Shown piece by piece: positions 14,301 to 24,400 of a stretch of DNA of 64,000 nt (its first letter is position 1; the number at the start of each line of letters is the position of its first letter). A model generated the notes under the pieces. It was not told where the DNA came from and searched no databases. It saw only the letters and a program-made list of their open reading frames with translations. The stretch comes from Cetorhinus maximus (lineage: Eukaryota): the NCBI RefSeq assembly GCF_964194155.1, contig NC_135911.1, positions 8,742,001 to 8,806,000 on the forward strand, in the 5' to 3' direction. The translations under genes and the position numbers were made by a program.

Positions 14301-17300
14301 CAGATTATTACACGATAACATTATCGATCCTCTGTAAGTTCCGTATACAAAGACGATTAATTCCAATAGTCGCTTGGTAGGACAGAACTTGAGTATTGCA
14401 GAAAAAAGAGACACGTTGAAGTTTTTCACCTTGCACTCATCAGGTATTCGCAAGAATACCGATATAATGGGGAAAACAACAATTTATACTGCATGTGAAG
14501 AGAGTGTTGGTTGGTTGGCAAGCGGACTCTGATTGGGCTCTGTGTATTAATATATGTAGCTTCCTGTACACACAAACACACACACACGTTGTTTTCCCTT
14601 TATTTTGGTGTTCTTGCAAAGTGTCCTGTTGAGTGGAAGACAAAAAGCGTCCACGTGTCTCTTTTTTCAGCGATACACAAATAATGTAATCCAATTCAAA
14701 GCGCGCTGCAGTTGAGTAATAAGACAGCCAGCTCCTCCCCTAACTAGAGAAGTGTTAAACTTCCCTCACTGGCTGAATTGACATTTTCTGGGTATCCGCG
14801 ACTCCAGGATTGCTGGGCCGGTTCAATGTGACCGGTTGTGGTTGATTCGCCAGCTGCCCATTTGCAAACCCCAGCCTCACATATTAAATAAGTCAAAAGC
14901 GATGATTTTCTTTCGGGAGGTTAGAGTTAAGGGAGGTTGCATCATTTTCTGGGCGTAAAGACTAGTTTGCAGCAATTCGGGGTCACTTCAACTTTGGATG
15001 GTTAGGCCCAGTGGGGTGTTTCCCAATGTGGAAGTTGCTCTATCAATGCAGCCGGATGCCGCAGTTCAGAATGAACCTCGGCCTGAATCATGGGTTATCG
15101 GAGCCTGCAGCGCCTCTCAAGCGACATGTTAATCTGTGGTGGTTTTCCTTTGAGGTTGTGGTTGCTCTACACAAGACATGTGATTCACCTAACACGAAAG
15201 GCAAAGACTGTTTTAAATATGTGGATGGGCCAGAGCTACTAACCTGCCATTTCCTGCCACTCTGGCCTGTTGTGCAAAAGCACCAATGTGGACTCTCTGC
15301 TGTGTTGGATGTACTGACCACATGAACACAATAATTCCCTCTGTAGATCCACCAGAAGTGACCATAACAGGCTATGATGGCAACTGGAGTGAAAACAGAG
15401 GGGATGTCACCCTCAATTGTGAGGCCAAAGCCAATCCCCCAGCAACAAATTACACTTGGCAATGGTAAATATGCGCTTCATTTATGAAGAATTGCATTGT
15501 GTATATTTTCAAAACTGTGTAGATCATGGATCGCTCAGATGCTTTCATACGGTTTGTGACCTGGTTGTTGAACTGGAAACAGGCTTCTCCGCACGGGTTT
15601 TGTTTACATGTCTCTGCTTTAAGGGAAACATTTGTGGAAAAAGCTGTAGTCACGCGAGGGTGTTTAACATGAACCTTCACTGACTGACTCTGGATGTATA
15701 TCTGTATATGTATATCACAGAATCTGTGACCCGTGGGCAGGTCGATACAGATTGGCAGAGCAGCGAGAGGCCATTTGCTGAACTAGTGTGGTAATAGGTG
15801 TTGCATACTTGAGATGCAGAAATGCCAACTGAATCCCAAATGAACACGACCAAACTTCCAATTTGATGCCTCGCTATTTGGGTTCCTGAAAAAATAAATT
15901 GCGTTAAAAACCTGGAGAGCCATTTGAAATGTGTCCCCTACAAAATACAACTGAACCAAAATAACCACTTGTATCTTGGGTGTAAATTTTTCTTTGGGTC
16001 AGTTAAGGACATGGTGGGCAGAGCGAACATCGCGATTCACCAGAAACAGCATTAAGAATGCGGAGAGAGAAGGAGAAAATGTAGTGTGTGTAAGATCATC
16101 ATGTATGCCATATTTATGAATGTGATGATGGGGGTAGTGCGGGGGTGGTGGGATTGAATGGCTTTAATATGGGGGTAAATGTTGACCACAATACAGGAGT
16201 ATGTGTAGAGCGGCCCAAGCAGCCCAGGTGGGAAAGAGCTGATATAACCAGCCCAGGGGAGAGGCCCCAAATTCAGGAGAACTTCAACAAACAGCGATGA
16301 GGGGTACAGTTGTATGATGTTCTGTACCAGAAACCTTCAGGATTATTTTCATTATGGGCGACTTTGGGAAACAGCAAAATGTAGGATTTTTGATAACTTG
16401 TTCATTATCACCATCTCTTGAGTGGGTTATTTGATATTGTCTAGTTTCTTCACTGGTTTTCTTCAATCCTGCACCATCCGCATCTCAGTGCTATCCACCC
16501 ATTCGGTTCTTCTTCTTCCTCTTCTCTTTTTACCTTCAATTCCTCCTTCAGCTGAGGCCAGGTCTTCGTTTCCGATCTGTGTACTTGCTCATCAATCTGT
16601 CTCCGCCTGTGCTTGGCAACCCTTTTGATTCCTGAACTTCTGCTCTTGACCTAAGCCACTCTTTGGCCTTTCTGTCCATCCAGCTGATTCTGAGCATCCT
16701 CTGCCAAACCCACATTTCAAAAACCCTAATCCCCCTCTCATCCTGTTTCCACAGAGTCCAAATCTCACATGCAATGGATGCAACACTCTACGCTGTTGAC
16801 CGTACCAGATATTTTCTTTTCCACCTTTACGCTGATGCTTTTGGATTTACAGGGATGACGTAAATCACTGGTCATGCCTCTTGCTGTAGCTAATCTACCT
16901 GGATTGCATTCTTGGGTATAACTTTGGTGTTTATCATCAAGTCAATGTACTTGAAATTGTCCCTCTATCTCGGTGCTTCCAATCTTGACTTTCCCATCGC
17001 TGTTTAGAGCCAGAACATTGGTCTTTAACTCATTTATCTCACGTATGTCATTCATGCCCTACTATACACCACGACTAACATCGCTTACCGTCCAGCGATA
17101 CAATCCGGTGGAGCATATCTGCTCTTTGGAGGCCAGAGCTAATATTCGTCACCTAGATTTAGTCACCAAGGCATTTCTTAAAATTGCATTGTTGGCTCTT
17201 CCAAGGTTACCAGAAGGAGTGGAGGCTAAAAATGCACGTGTATTCATAAAGAAAGTGAGCAATTTGATGAATGGGACCTGGATCTGTGAAGCTACCAACT

Positions 17301-20300
17301 CAATTGGGACAGGAAGAGGCAAACTGGAATTAATATTAAAACACTCCACTAAAGGTAGGTACATGTTAATAGAGCAATAGAAAGGGCCAAATTCCCTTTC
17401 ATTTTGTTAATGAAAGTGTAAGTGTTGGTGTTAAATAAATGGCTACACATGAAATTAGGTCATCGGGATGATGAGTTCACTTTGAGATCTATGGAAATCA
17501 TGGAGGACGCTATAAAAATGCAACTTCTTTATTTCAACGACGAAAGATCCTCAGACCCCAAATGCCGGCCATGTTTTCAGGACCCACCATTTGTCCATCT
17601 TTACCCTGAATCTTCTCGAGGTCCTGTTGCTTTATAAGCTCTGATAACCAGTGGCCAACGTGAAGATTTTTTAAAAATTCTTTCACGCGTTGTGGGTATC
17701 GCTGGCTGGGCCAGCATTTATTTCCCGCCTCTCATCATCCTTGAGAAGGCGGTGGTGAGCTGCCTTCTTGCACCGCTGCAGCCCCTGTGGTGTAGGTACA
17801 CCCACAGTGCTGTTAGGGAGGGAGTTCCAGGATTTTGACCCAATGACAGGGAAGGAACAGCTGATATATTTCCAAGTCAGGATGGTGAGTGGCTTGGAGG
17901 GGAACTTCCAGGTGGTGGTGTTCCCAGGTCCTTGTCCTTCTAGGTGGTAGACATGGTGGGTTTGGAAGGTGCTGTGTAAGGATCCTTGGCGAGTTGCTGC
18001 AGTGCATCTTGTAGATGGTACACACTGCTGTAACTGTGCGTCGGTGGTGGAGGGAATGAGTGTTTGTGGAACTGGTGCCATTCAACTGGGCTGCTTTGTC
18101 CTGGATGCTGTCGAGCTTCTTGAGTGTTGTGGGAGCTGCACTCATCCAGGCAAGCGGGGAGCATTCCATCACACTCCTGACTTGTGCCTTGTAGATGAAG
18201 TATATTAATTATATGTGAAGTTACTTTTCAAACAGCCTCTTGCATTTCCATAGGGCTAGAAAGGCAGATTTTTCTGCTCAGTTACCTGCAATTACAGAAT
18301 TGCTTGGGCTCCCCGAGTTCAGGGAATTTGGTTCATTTTGAGGACACATCTGAAGGATTTTAATGTATTCCCTCACACGAGGCAATGGAATACCATGAGC
18401 TATTTCCTGTTGATCATCCTGGCCTAATAATAAGGGCCATTGAAAAAGTAATTAATCAGCACATGAATCGGGATGTAATTGCATTTCCCTTGTGTTTTCC
18501 CTCCAACTATTTCCTCATTGAAGCTTCTTTCTTATTCTTCCACGGGATGTGGGCATGGCTGGCTGGGCCAGCTTTGATTTCCCAGCCCTAATTGGCCTTG
18601 AGAAGGTGATGCAAACAACACCCCCCACCAAAGCTGGTAATCAAAGAGGTGCGAGGGAGAGGTGCAATAATTACTGTCCACAATCAGTGTACTCGACTTA
18701 CCACCGAGCAGATCCCGTCAGTTCCAATTCCCGTTTTCAATTACATTGTCCTTATTTCTTTCAAAGCCAATTCCGTAAATGATACTGCTGTATTTGTCAC
18801 AGTTTCTCCCCCCCCACCCCGCCACTGTGTCCGAGTATTGCCCTGCACATTACAATCATCGGCTTCATTTTCTAGGTCTGCAGGGTCGCCTTCCATCTCC
18901 AACCAGCCCCAAAATCTCTGTCTTCAGCCAAACAGTTGCCCCAGTTCACAGAATCACAGCATTTTGATGGCGCAGAAGGAGGCCATTCAGCCCATCATGT
19001 CTGCACCGACTCCCCCTCTACAGTTCGCACCGGTCGCCTCAGGCCAACAACAGCGGTGCAGATCCTCACCCTTCAATGTTGACCGGAATATCAGACCTCA
19101 TGCCTTCTGCATCAGGAGGATTTCTTGGTCCCAGCATTGAAATGCCGCCTCTATTTTGTTAATTACTGCTCCATATCCTGCCCCTCCCCACCACAACCCC
19201 CCCCACCAAACATAGTCCACCATTGGTGGCGGACCCTTCAGTCAACTTCAGCCAAGCTGTCCTTGCAACACACCATTACACATTCCTCAGAAGCTCCTTG
19301 CTTTGCAAATCCGTTTTGGCCTCTCTCCTCATCCCCACATGCAGCTTGCGAAGGCTCTTAGCTACTTGCCACGTGAAATGCACGAGAGAAAGTAGTGTCC
19401 CCCCCATTAAAAAAAAAGTGCCCCTATTGCCCTCCCCCACCCCAACTAAAAAGAGATTGTTCCTGCTTTTCCTTCGTTTCATCCCCAAGCCCCTTTCCTT
19501 CCATCTTATTCTTCCTTCCTTACTTCCACCCACTTTCTTGCAGCGATGACCGAGTGAAGGCCTATGGGGAGGCAGCTGGAAGTGATTGGGCTCAGGACCT
19601 CGGTTTCACAAGCGCCTGCTGGTTGCCCAGGGTTGTGATGGTTTTACCGCGTCCACCACCGCCCAATATGTCAGGCCTAACTCAATTGTTCCCATCACAG
19701 CGTCTGATACGGGAAATGAGAACTGCCCGTCCCATTGGCTAACAAAAATTTATCACAGAAGCAAGGTTATTGATAGGAAGCTCAGAAAGAAGATGTATTT
19801 TTTAAATTACTAATTTGTACCCATTGGTTTACTCCCTATTCGTTTCTCGACGATCATTTCGCAGATCATGGGAATGGAAAGCTCATCATCCCATGTGTGA
19901 CATTGGGAGTAGTGGTGTTTGCCCTGTCCACGTTTCTCATTATTCTATTCATCAGGCGAAAACGCAGATCAGCAGGTAAATCATCAGAAAATGAAAGGTG
20001 AAACCAAATACCTACACGACTACAGATATTTCAACTCGGCGCTAGTGTTCATTAGTTCCACCGTAACATCATTTAACTTTCTTAGGTTACTCTGGTTTCA
20101 CTTTCCCGCCCGCTTGCTCTCTCATTCAATTCAATTCCCGAGGATCAGCTATTTGCTAATAATCTACCACAAGCCAGCAAACTATGTAGTTTACACTTCC
20201 TCTCAGCCTGCTCCCTATATAGACTCTACTCTCTTCTCCCAGTATCTTCATCGCCATTGCTCCTTCACTTATGATGCATCCTTCCATGCTACTGCTCCTG

Positions 20301-23300
20301 ATAGGTATGCCTTCCTTCTTCCTCAGCTGAGGATCCCCACTACCACCCGACTAATTGACAGGGCCCCTAAATATGACCGCCCCTTTTCTCATACGTCAAC
20401 TCACCCTCTTCCCCTATCAGCACCCCTCGCCCCCCTCCACCAAAGCCGCTACAGGATTCTACTTGCCCTTACCTTTCACTCCACTATCTGCTACAATCCA
20501 ACAGGTCATTGTCCGCCATTTCTGCCACCTCCAGTAGGATACCACCACCAAACGCACCTTCCCCTCCCCTTCCCTTTGAGCATTTTGAAAGGGACCAATC
20601 CCTTCGTGACACCCCAGCTCACTAATCAATGACTTCCCCCACTTCCCGCCACACCAAATCCAGAAGATGTACCACGTGCCTTGTTACCTCCCCACCACCA
20701 CCACCACCCCCACTTCCCAAATTCCAGGGCTGCAAGCGCTTTTTAAGGGGAAACAGTGATTTATTTACACCCCTTTCAACTTGACTTATTGCCTTTTTGC
20801 TGCTCACAATGCAGTCTCTTCTAAATTGGGTGACCAAAAGCACATTGACGATTGCTTTGTACACCACATCCATCCAGTCTGCAACTGTGTTCCCGAATTC
20901 CTGTCATTTTAATTCTCCGCTCCACTCCCACTCTGACCTCTCTGTCCTCGGCCTGCTGCAGTGTTGTAATAAGGCCAATGGAAGGCAGAGGGGAAGCAAT
21001 ATATTTTTCGATTCACACCTGCCTGGGCTTAATTTTGAGTTCAACAATTTCAGATCGTAACCCCTGCCCTTCTTTCTTGGTCAGCAGCTGTTGGTAATCA
21101 TTCTGCTGTTACCATTCACACCTCCTCTGCACCCTTCTTTTGTCCCTTTGCATGCCCCACTGCCAACCACTTTTACTTATTGTCAACGTTCCTTGTGTCA
21201 TTTAATCGTGTAAGTCGCTTTAAGCTTGTTGCTTCTTTCACCTTTTCCAGTCCTGACTGACAGGGCAACAGCGGAAACGTTTGATCTGCTTCTGCCTCCA
21301 GTGAAGCTGCCTGGCCTGCTGAGAATTTCCAACAATCTCTGCCTTTATTTCCGATTTCCAGCATCTGCGGTATCTTGCTTTTGCACCCTCAGTCAGAATT
21401 GGTGAGCTGGTTTACACCAGTGCATTCCTGCCTTTCATCAGTTGGAACAGCAGACGCGAATGTGCAATAACATAAGTCTCCTAATTTACAGTTACAGCCG
21501 AAACCTATGTCAACGTTCCCGTTCAACGAAAGACAATTGAGCAGGTAAGTTAAAGCTGCATTAATAGTTAGTAATTTCAGCTCTTTACTAAACATTTCGC
21601 TTCCACTATTGACAGCCTCAACTGTTTGCACCCGACCGGAACCACATGATAGCAATTGGTGTTTGAGACTGTAGCATTTAGCACAAATGGTTCACGTCTT
21701 AGTGACATCCCAGACAGTTATCTCTGGAATATGTCAGTGTTCTGTATCACCAAAAATATTGTTCCAATGGCTTTGCATCTTTCCTCCAAGCCATTTGCCA
21801 TCCTGACTTGGAAATATATCGGCCGTTCCTTGACTGTCGCTGGGTCAAAATCCTGGAACTCCCTCCCTAACAGCACCATGGTTGCACCTACACCCATTTG
21901 CTGCAGCGGCTCAAGAAGGCAGCTCACCACCACCTTCTCAAGGAGCAATTAGGGATGGGCAATAAATGCTGGGCCCAGCCAGCGACGCCCACATCCCCAG
22001 GAATGAATAGTAAGAAATAATAGCAGAAGAAAAACGACACAGCTTTTCATTCATATGAAAGCAGAAAATGCTGGGAAAACTCAGTACGGGCTCGAAACGT
22101 TGACTCTGCCCCTCTCTCCACAGATGCTGCCAGACCTGCTGAGCTTGTCCAGTATTTTCTGTTTCCGTTCCAGATTCCCAGCATCCGCAGTGTTAAGCTT
22201 TTCATTGGCTGTCAACGGGGCACACAGATTTGAGATAATTGGCAAAAAAGCCAGTGAGATGTTAAGGTTTCTTTATCCTCCATGGACCACGCCGTTTTGA
22301 TCTGAAAGGGATGCTGAATAGGCTGTGGAAACAGATTCAATAGTCAATTTCAGAAGGGAATTGGGCAAACGTTTCAAAAGGAAACTCTGCAAGGTCATGC
22401 AGAAAGAGTAAGGGAGTGGGATTAATTAGGGAGAACTCTTTCTTAGGGCTGGCACAGGCAGTACAGGCTGAGGAACCAGCTTCGGCTCAGTGTGAATTCA
22501 TGATTCTGTGAATGATTCTCATTTACTACCCAGAGAGTTGTTGACGCATTTGTCCCCCTGTTCATTGACCGTGCTGTACCCGCCTGTCCCCATGTCGTCT
22601 TAGCTCTTCTGTTGATGCCAATGCCTGATTGTTCCTGAATTGAACCGTATTCACTTTTATGTTCCAGGATTTGTCAGATGTGAACGCCACTTACATGGTA
22701 GGGTGGAAGGCATATTAATTTCAAGTGAAACTTTATTTAGGTAAATGGACATTATTGAGTTACTAACAAATCGCACTTGTGGCAACTTCCCGCAGGGCCT
22801 GAACTTAGCGGAACAATCGGTATACAACGAATTACAGAGGTATAATTTATTCTGCTTCATTAACTGTGAGCCAATCCACCGACATCATGAATATATCTGN
22901 NNNNNNNNNNNNNNNNNNNNNNNNNNNNNNNNNNNNNNNNNNNNNNNNNNNNNNNNNNNNNNNNNNNNNNNNNNNNNNNNNNNNNNNNNNNNNNNNNNNN
23001 NNNNNNNNNNNNNNNNNNNNNNNNNNNNNNNNNNNNNNNNNNNNNNNNNNNNNNNNNNNNNNNNNTCACACTGTCTGCCCCTCTGTCTGTCTCTCTGTCT
23101 GCCTGTCATGCCTGTCTGTCATGTCCACCTGTCTGCCTGTCTCTCTGTCTGTCTGCCTGTCATGCCTGTCTGTCATGTCCACCTGTCTGCCTGTCTCTCT
23201 GTCTGTCTGCCTGTCATGTCTGTCTGCCATGCCTGTCTGCCTGTCTATCTATCATGTCTGTCTGTTTGTCTGTCTATCTATCATGTATGTCTGTTTGTCT

Positions 23301-23533
23301 GCCTATCTATCATGTCTGTCTATGGAGCATGTCTGTCCATCTCTCTGGCTGCCTGTCTCCCTCTCTCTTTCTCTCTCTCCCCCTCTGCCTGTGAAAGATT
23401 CTTTCAGTTCCCTTCCACTTCCAGCCACGATCTTAGAAGTAAATACTGTGCTGTTCCCATTTACTTTGCACAGATTGATTCTCAGGCAATGACTGGACTA
23501 ACATTTATTTTAACATCTCTTTTTTTCAGATAA
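5284..23533 (+). CDS. Nectin/PVR-like type I receptor with 3 Ig domains (V-C-C), TM and ITT-like + ITAM tail; 10 coding exons, 1185 nt, 394 aa
   Basis: Exons 5284-5332, 12266-12604, 14040-14333, 15347-15464, 17206-17354, 19865-19975, 21498-21544, 22668-22697, 22796-22839 and 23530-23533 are joined by GT-AG introns in one open frame (phases 1,1,1,2,1,1,0,0,2) ending ...SVYNELQR*. Nectin motifs: FTQ, AVYHHKFG (AX6G), LFPQG, YPPEVTITGYDGNW...CEAKANPPA. Confidence 0.88.
5455..6275 (-). mobile_element. CR1/L2-group LINE fragment with SINE-shared 3' tail
   Basis: LRKLDTIQDKAA...; same family as 11205-11870, 17680-18200, 34355-34790 and 41715-42150. Confidence 0.7.
8660..9270 (-). mobile_element. 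CR1 LINE 3' fragment
   Basis: YEERLSRLGLYSLEFRRMKSDFIETYKIL...RRNFFSQRVVNLW. Confidence 0.85.
11205..11870 (-). mobile_element. CR1/L2-group LINE RT C-terminal fragment
   Basis: QQDLDNIQVRADKWQVTF, STIYKAQVRSVMEYCPLTW. Confidence 0.8.
12266..12604 (+). CDS. Exon 2, nectin-type IgV domain
   Basis: Acceptor ttcctgcag|, donor |gtgtgt; LLPC...QLEW...AVYHHKFG...DGSILL...EDQGMYTCSVTLFPQG. Confidence 0.93.
14040..14333 (+). CDS. Exon 3, second Ig (C-type) domain
   Basis: Acceptor ctctccaag|, donor |gtaagt; VANCTSANGNPAAEITW...DDGQTVTCVISHP, typical of nectin domain 2. Confidence 0.93.
14401..14668. mobile_element. Short Penelope-derived element with inverted termini bearing minimal hammerhead-ribozyme cores
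   Basis: 14401-14458 is an imperfect inverse of 14607-14668; the minus strand reads CTGATGA-GTGCAAGGT-GAAA-AACTTC. Same family as 31535-31856. Confidence 0.6.
15347..15464 (+). CDS. Exon 4, N-terminal half of third Ig domain (118 nt)
   Basis: Acceptor ctctgtag|, donor |gtaaat; YPPEVTITGYDGNWSENRGDVTLNCEAKANPPATNYTW closely resembles nectin-1/3 and PVR domain 3. Confidence 0.93.
17206..17354 (+). CDS. Exon 5, C-terminal half of third Ig domain
   Basis: Acceptor ttccaag|, donor |gtaggt; LPEGVEAKNARVFIKKV...NGTWICEATNSIGTGRG. Confidence 0.92.
19865..19975 (+). CDS. Exon 6, transmembrane segment
   Basis: Acceptor tttcgcag|, donor |gtaaat; DHGNGKLIIPCVTLGVVVFALSTFLIILFIRRKRRSA (uncharged TM plus basic stop-transfer). 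Confidence 0.9.
20150..21385 (+). mobile_element. Decayed Penelope-like element (RT end + GIY-YIG)
   Basis: HFNSPLHSHSDLSVLGLLQC...PGLNFEFNNFRS matches the GIY-YIG end at 44250-44390. Confidence 0.7.
21498..21544 (+). CDS. Exon 7, cytoplasmic, ITT-like motif (AETYVNVPVQRKTIEQ)
   Basis: Acceptor ttacag|, strong donor CAG|gtaagt; 47 nt converts phase 1 to phase 0. Confidence 0.8.
22668..22697 (+). CDS. Exon 8, cytoplasmic, first ITAM tyrosine (DLSDVNATYM)
   Basis: Acceptor cttttatgttccag|, donor ATG|gtaggg; 30 nt, phase 0-0. Confidence 0.8.
22796..22839 (+). CDS. Exon 9, remainder of ITAM (GLNLAEQSVYNELQ-R)
   Basis: Perfect branch point TACTAAC at 22761, acceptor cttcccgcag|, donor AG|gtataa. 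Confidence 0.82.
22900..23390. repeat. Masked plus visible (TCTG/TCTA)n microsatellite in the last intron of the ITAM gene
   Basis: N-run flanked by ctgt/ctat repeats. Confidence 0.8.
23530..23533 (+). CDS. Exon 10 coding part (A + TAA stop), followed by 3' UTR
   Basis: Long pyrimidine tract tctctttttttcag| then ATAA completes AG|A (Arg) and gives an immediate stop. Confidence 0.72.
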
Positions 23534-23959
23534 GCTGTTGCAAGAATGAACACAGCTCAGCCAGACCCCAGACAGTGTTCAACTCTGAACTTTGTCCTGA
23601 TCTTTCAACATTATTATACAAGCCCTCTTATGGAAATTCTGTTCTCAATGACGTAGACACAGGCAATTGTCATTCCTAGATCTCTCCTTATTTAGTGGTG
23701 CAGTAAATTTCAGTGCATTAAATCAAGATTGACATCCACCCAATGGGATGTCTCTACCGCTTGCAAATGAATGGAACTATTTCTATTACCCGCCTTTCTC
23801 AAAATCAGACCATTGCCATATAATGTATAATAGCTTTTTTTAAAAATGAGGTACAGGGACCAATTCCACAATTGAATTGTGCATAGCTCTCACACCTGGG
23901 AATGGACGGGGTGCAGAAGGTATGGTTAGGGGGGCAGGTGGGGGAGGGGGTGGCTATTT

Positions 23960-24400
23960 TATGAGGAAAGTTTGGACAAGCTAGGTCTGTATCCATTGGA
24001 GTTTAGAAGAATGAGAGCTGATCTTATTGAAACTTATTATATCCTGAAGAGACTTGACAGGGTGGTTGCTGAGAGGACGTTTCCCCTTTTGGGAGAGACT
24101 AGATCTAGTGGACACAGTTTAAAATAAAGAGAGTCTCCCATTTTAGATGGAGATGGGAAGATTTTTTATTCTTTCTGAGGGCTGTGAACCTTTGGAGCTC
24201 TCTTCCCCAGGGAGCATTGGAGGCTGGGTCAATGAATATTTTTAAGGCAGAGATAGATTCTTGACTAACAAGGGAGTCAATGGTTATCAGGAGTAGGCAG
24301 AATGTGGATTTGAGGTTACAGTGGGATCAGTCATGATCTTACTGAATAGCAGAGCAGGCCCAAGTGGCTGAATGGTCTACGCGTGCTCCTAATTCGTATA
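23960..24400 (+). mobile_element. CR1 LINE 3' fragment
   Basis: Matches other CR1 tails (ggagtttagaagaatgaga...gatcttattgaaac). Confidence 0.75.

Noticed and set aside
19919-20632. 237-aa ORF after the TM exon as an alternative cytoplasmic tail
   Set aside because: It is in a different frame from the TM exon and runs into decayed Penelope sequence.
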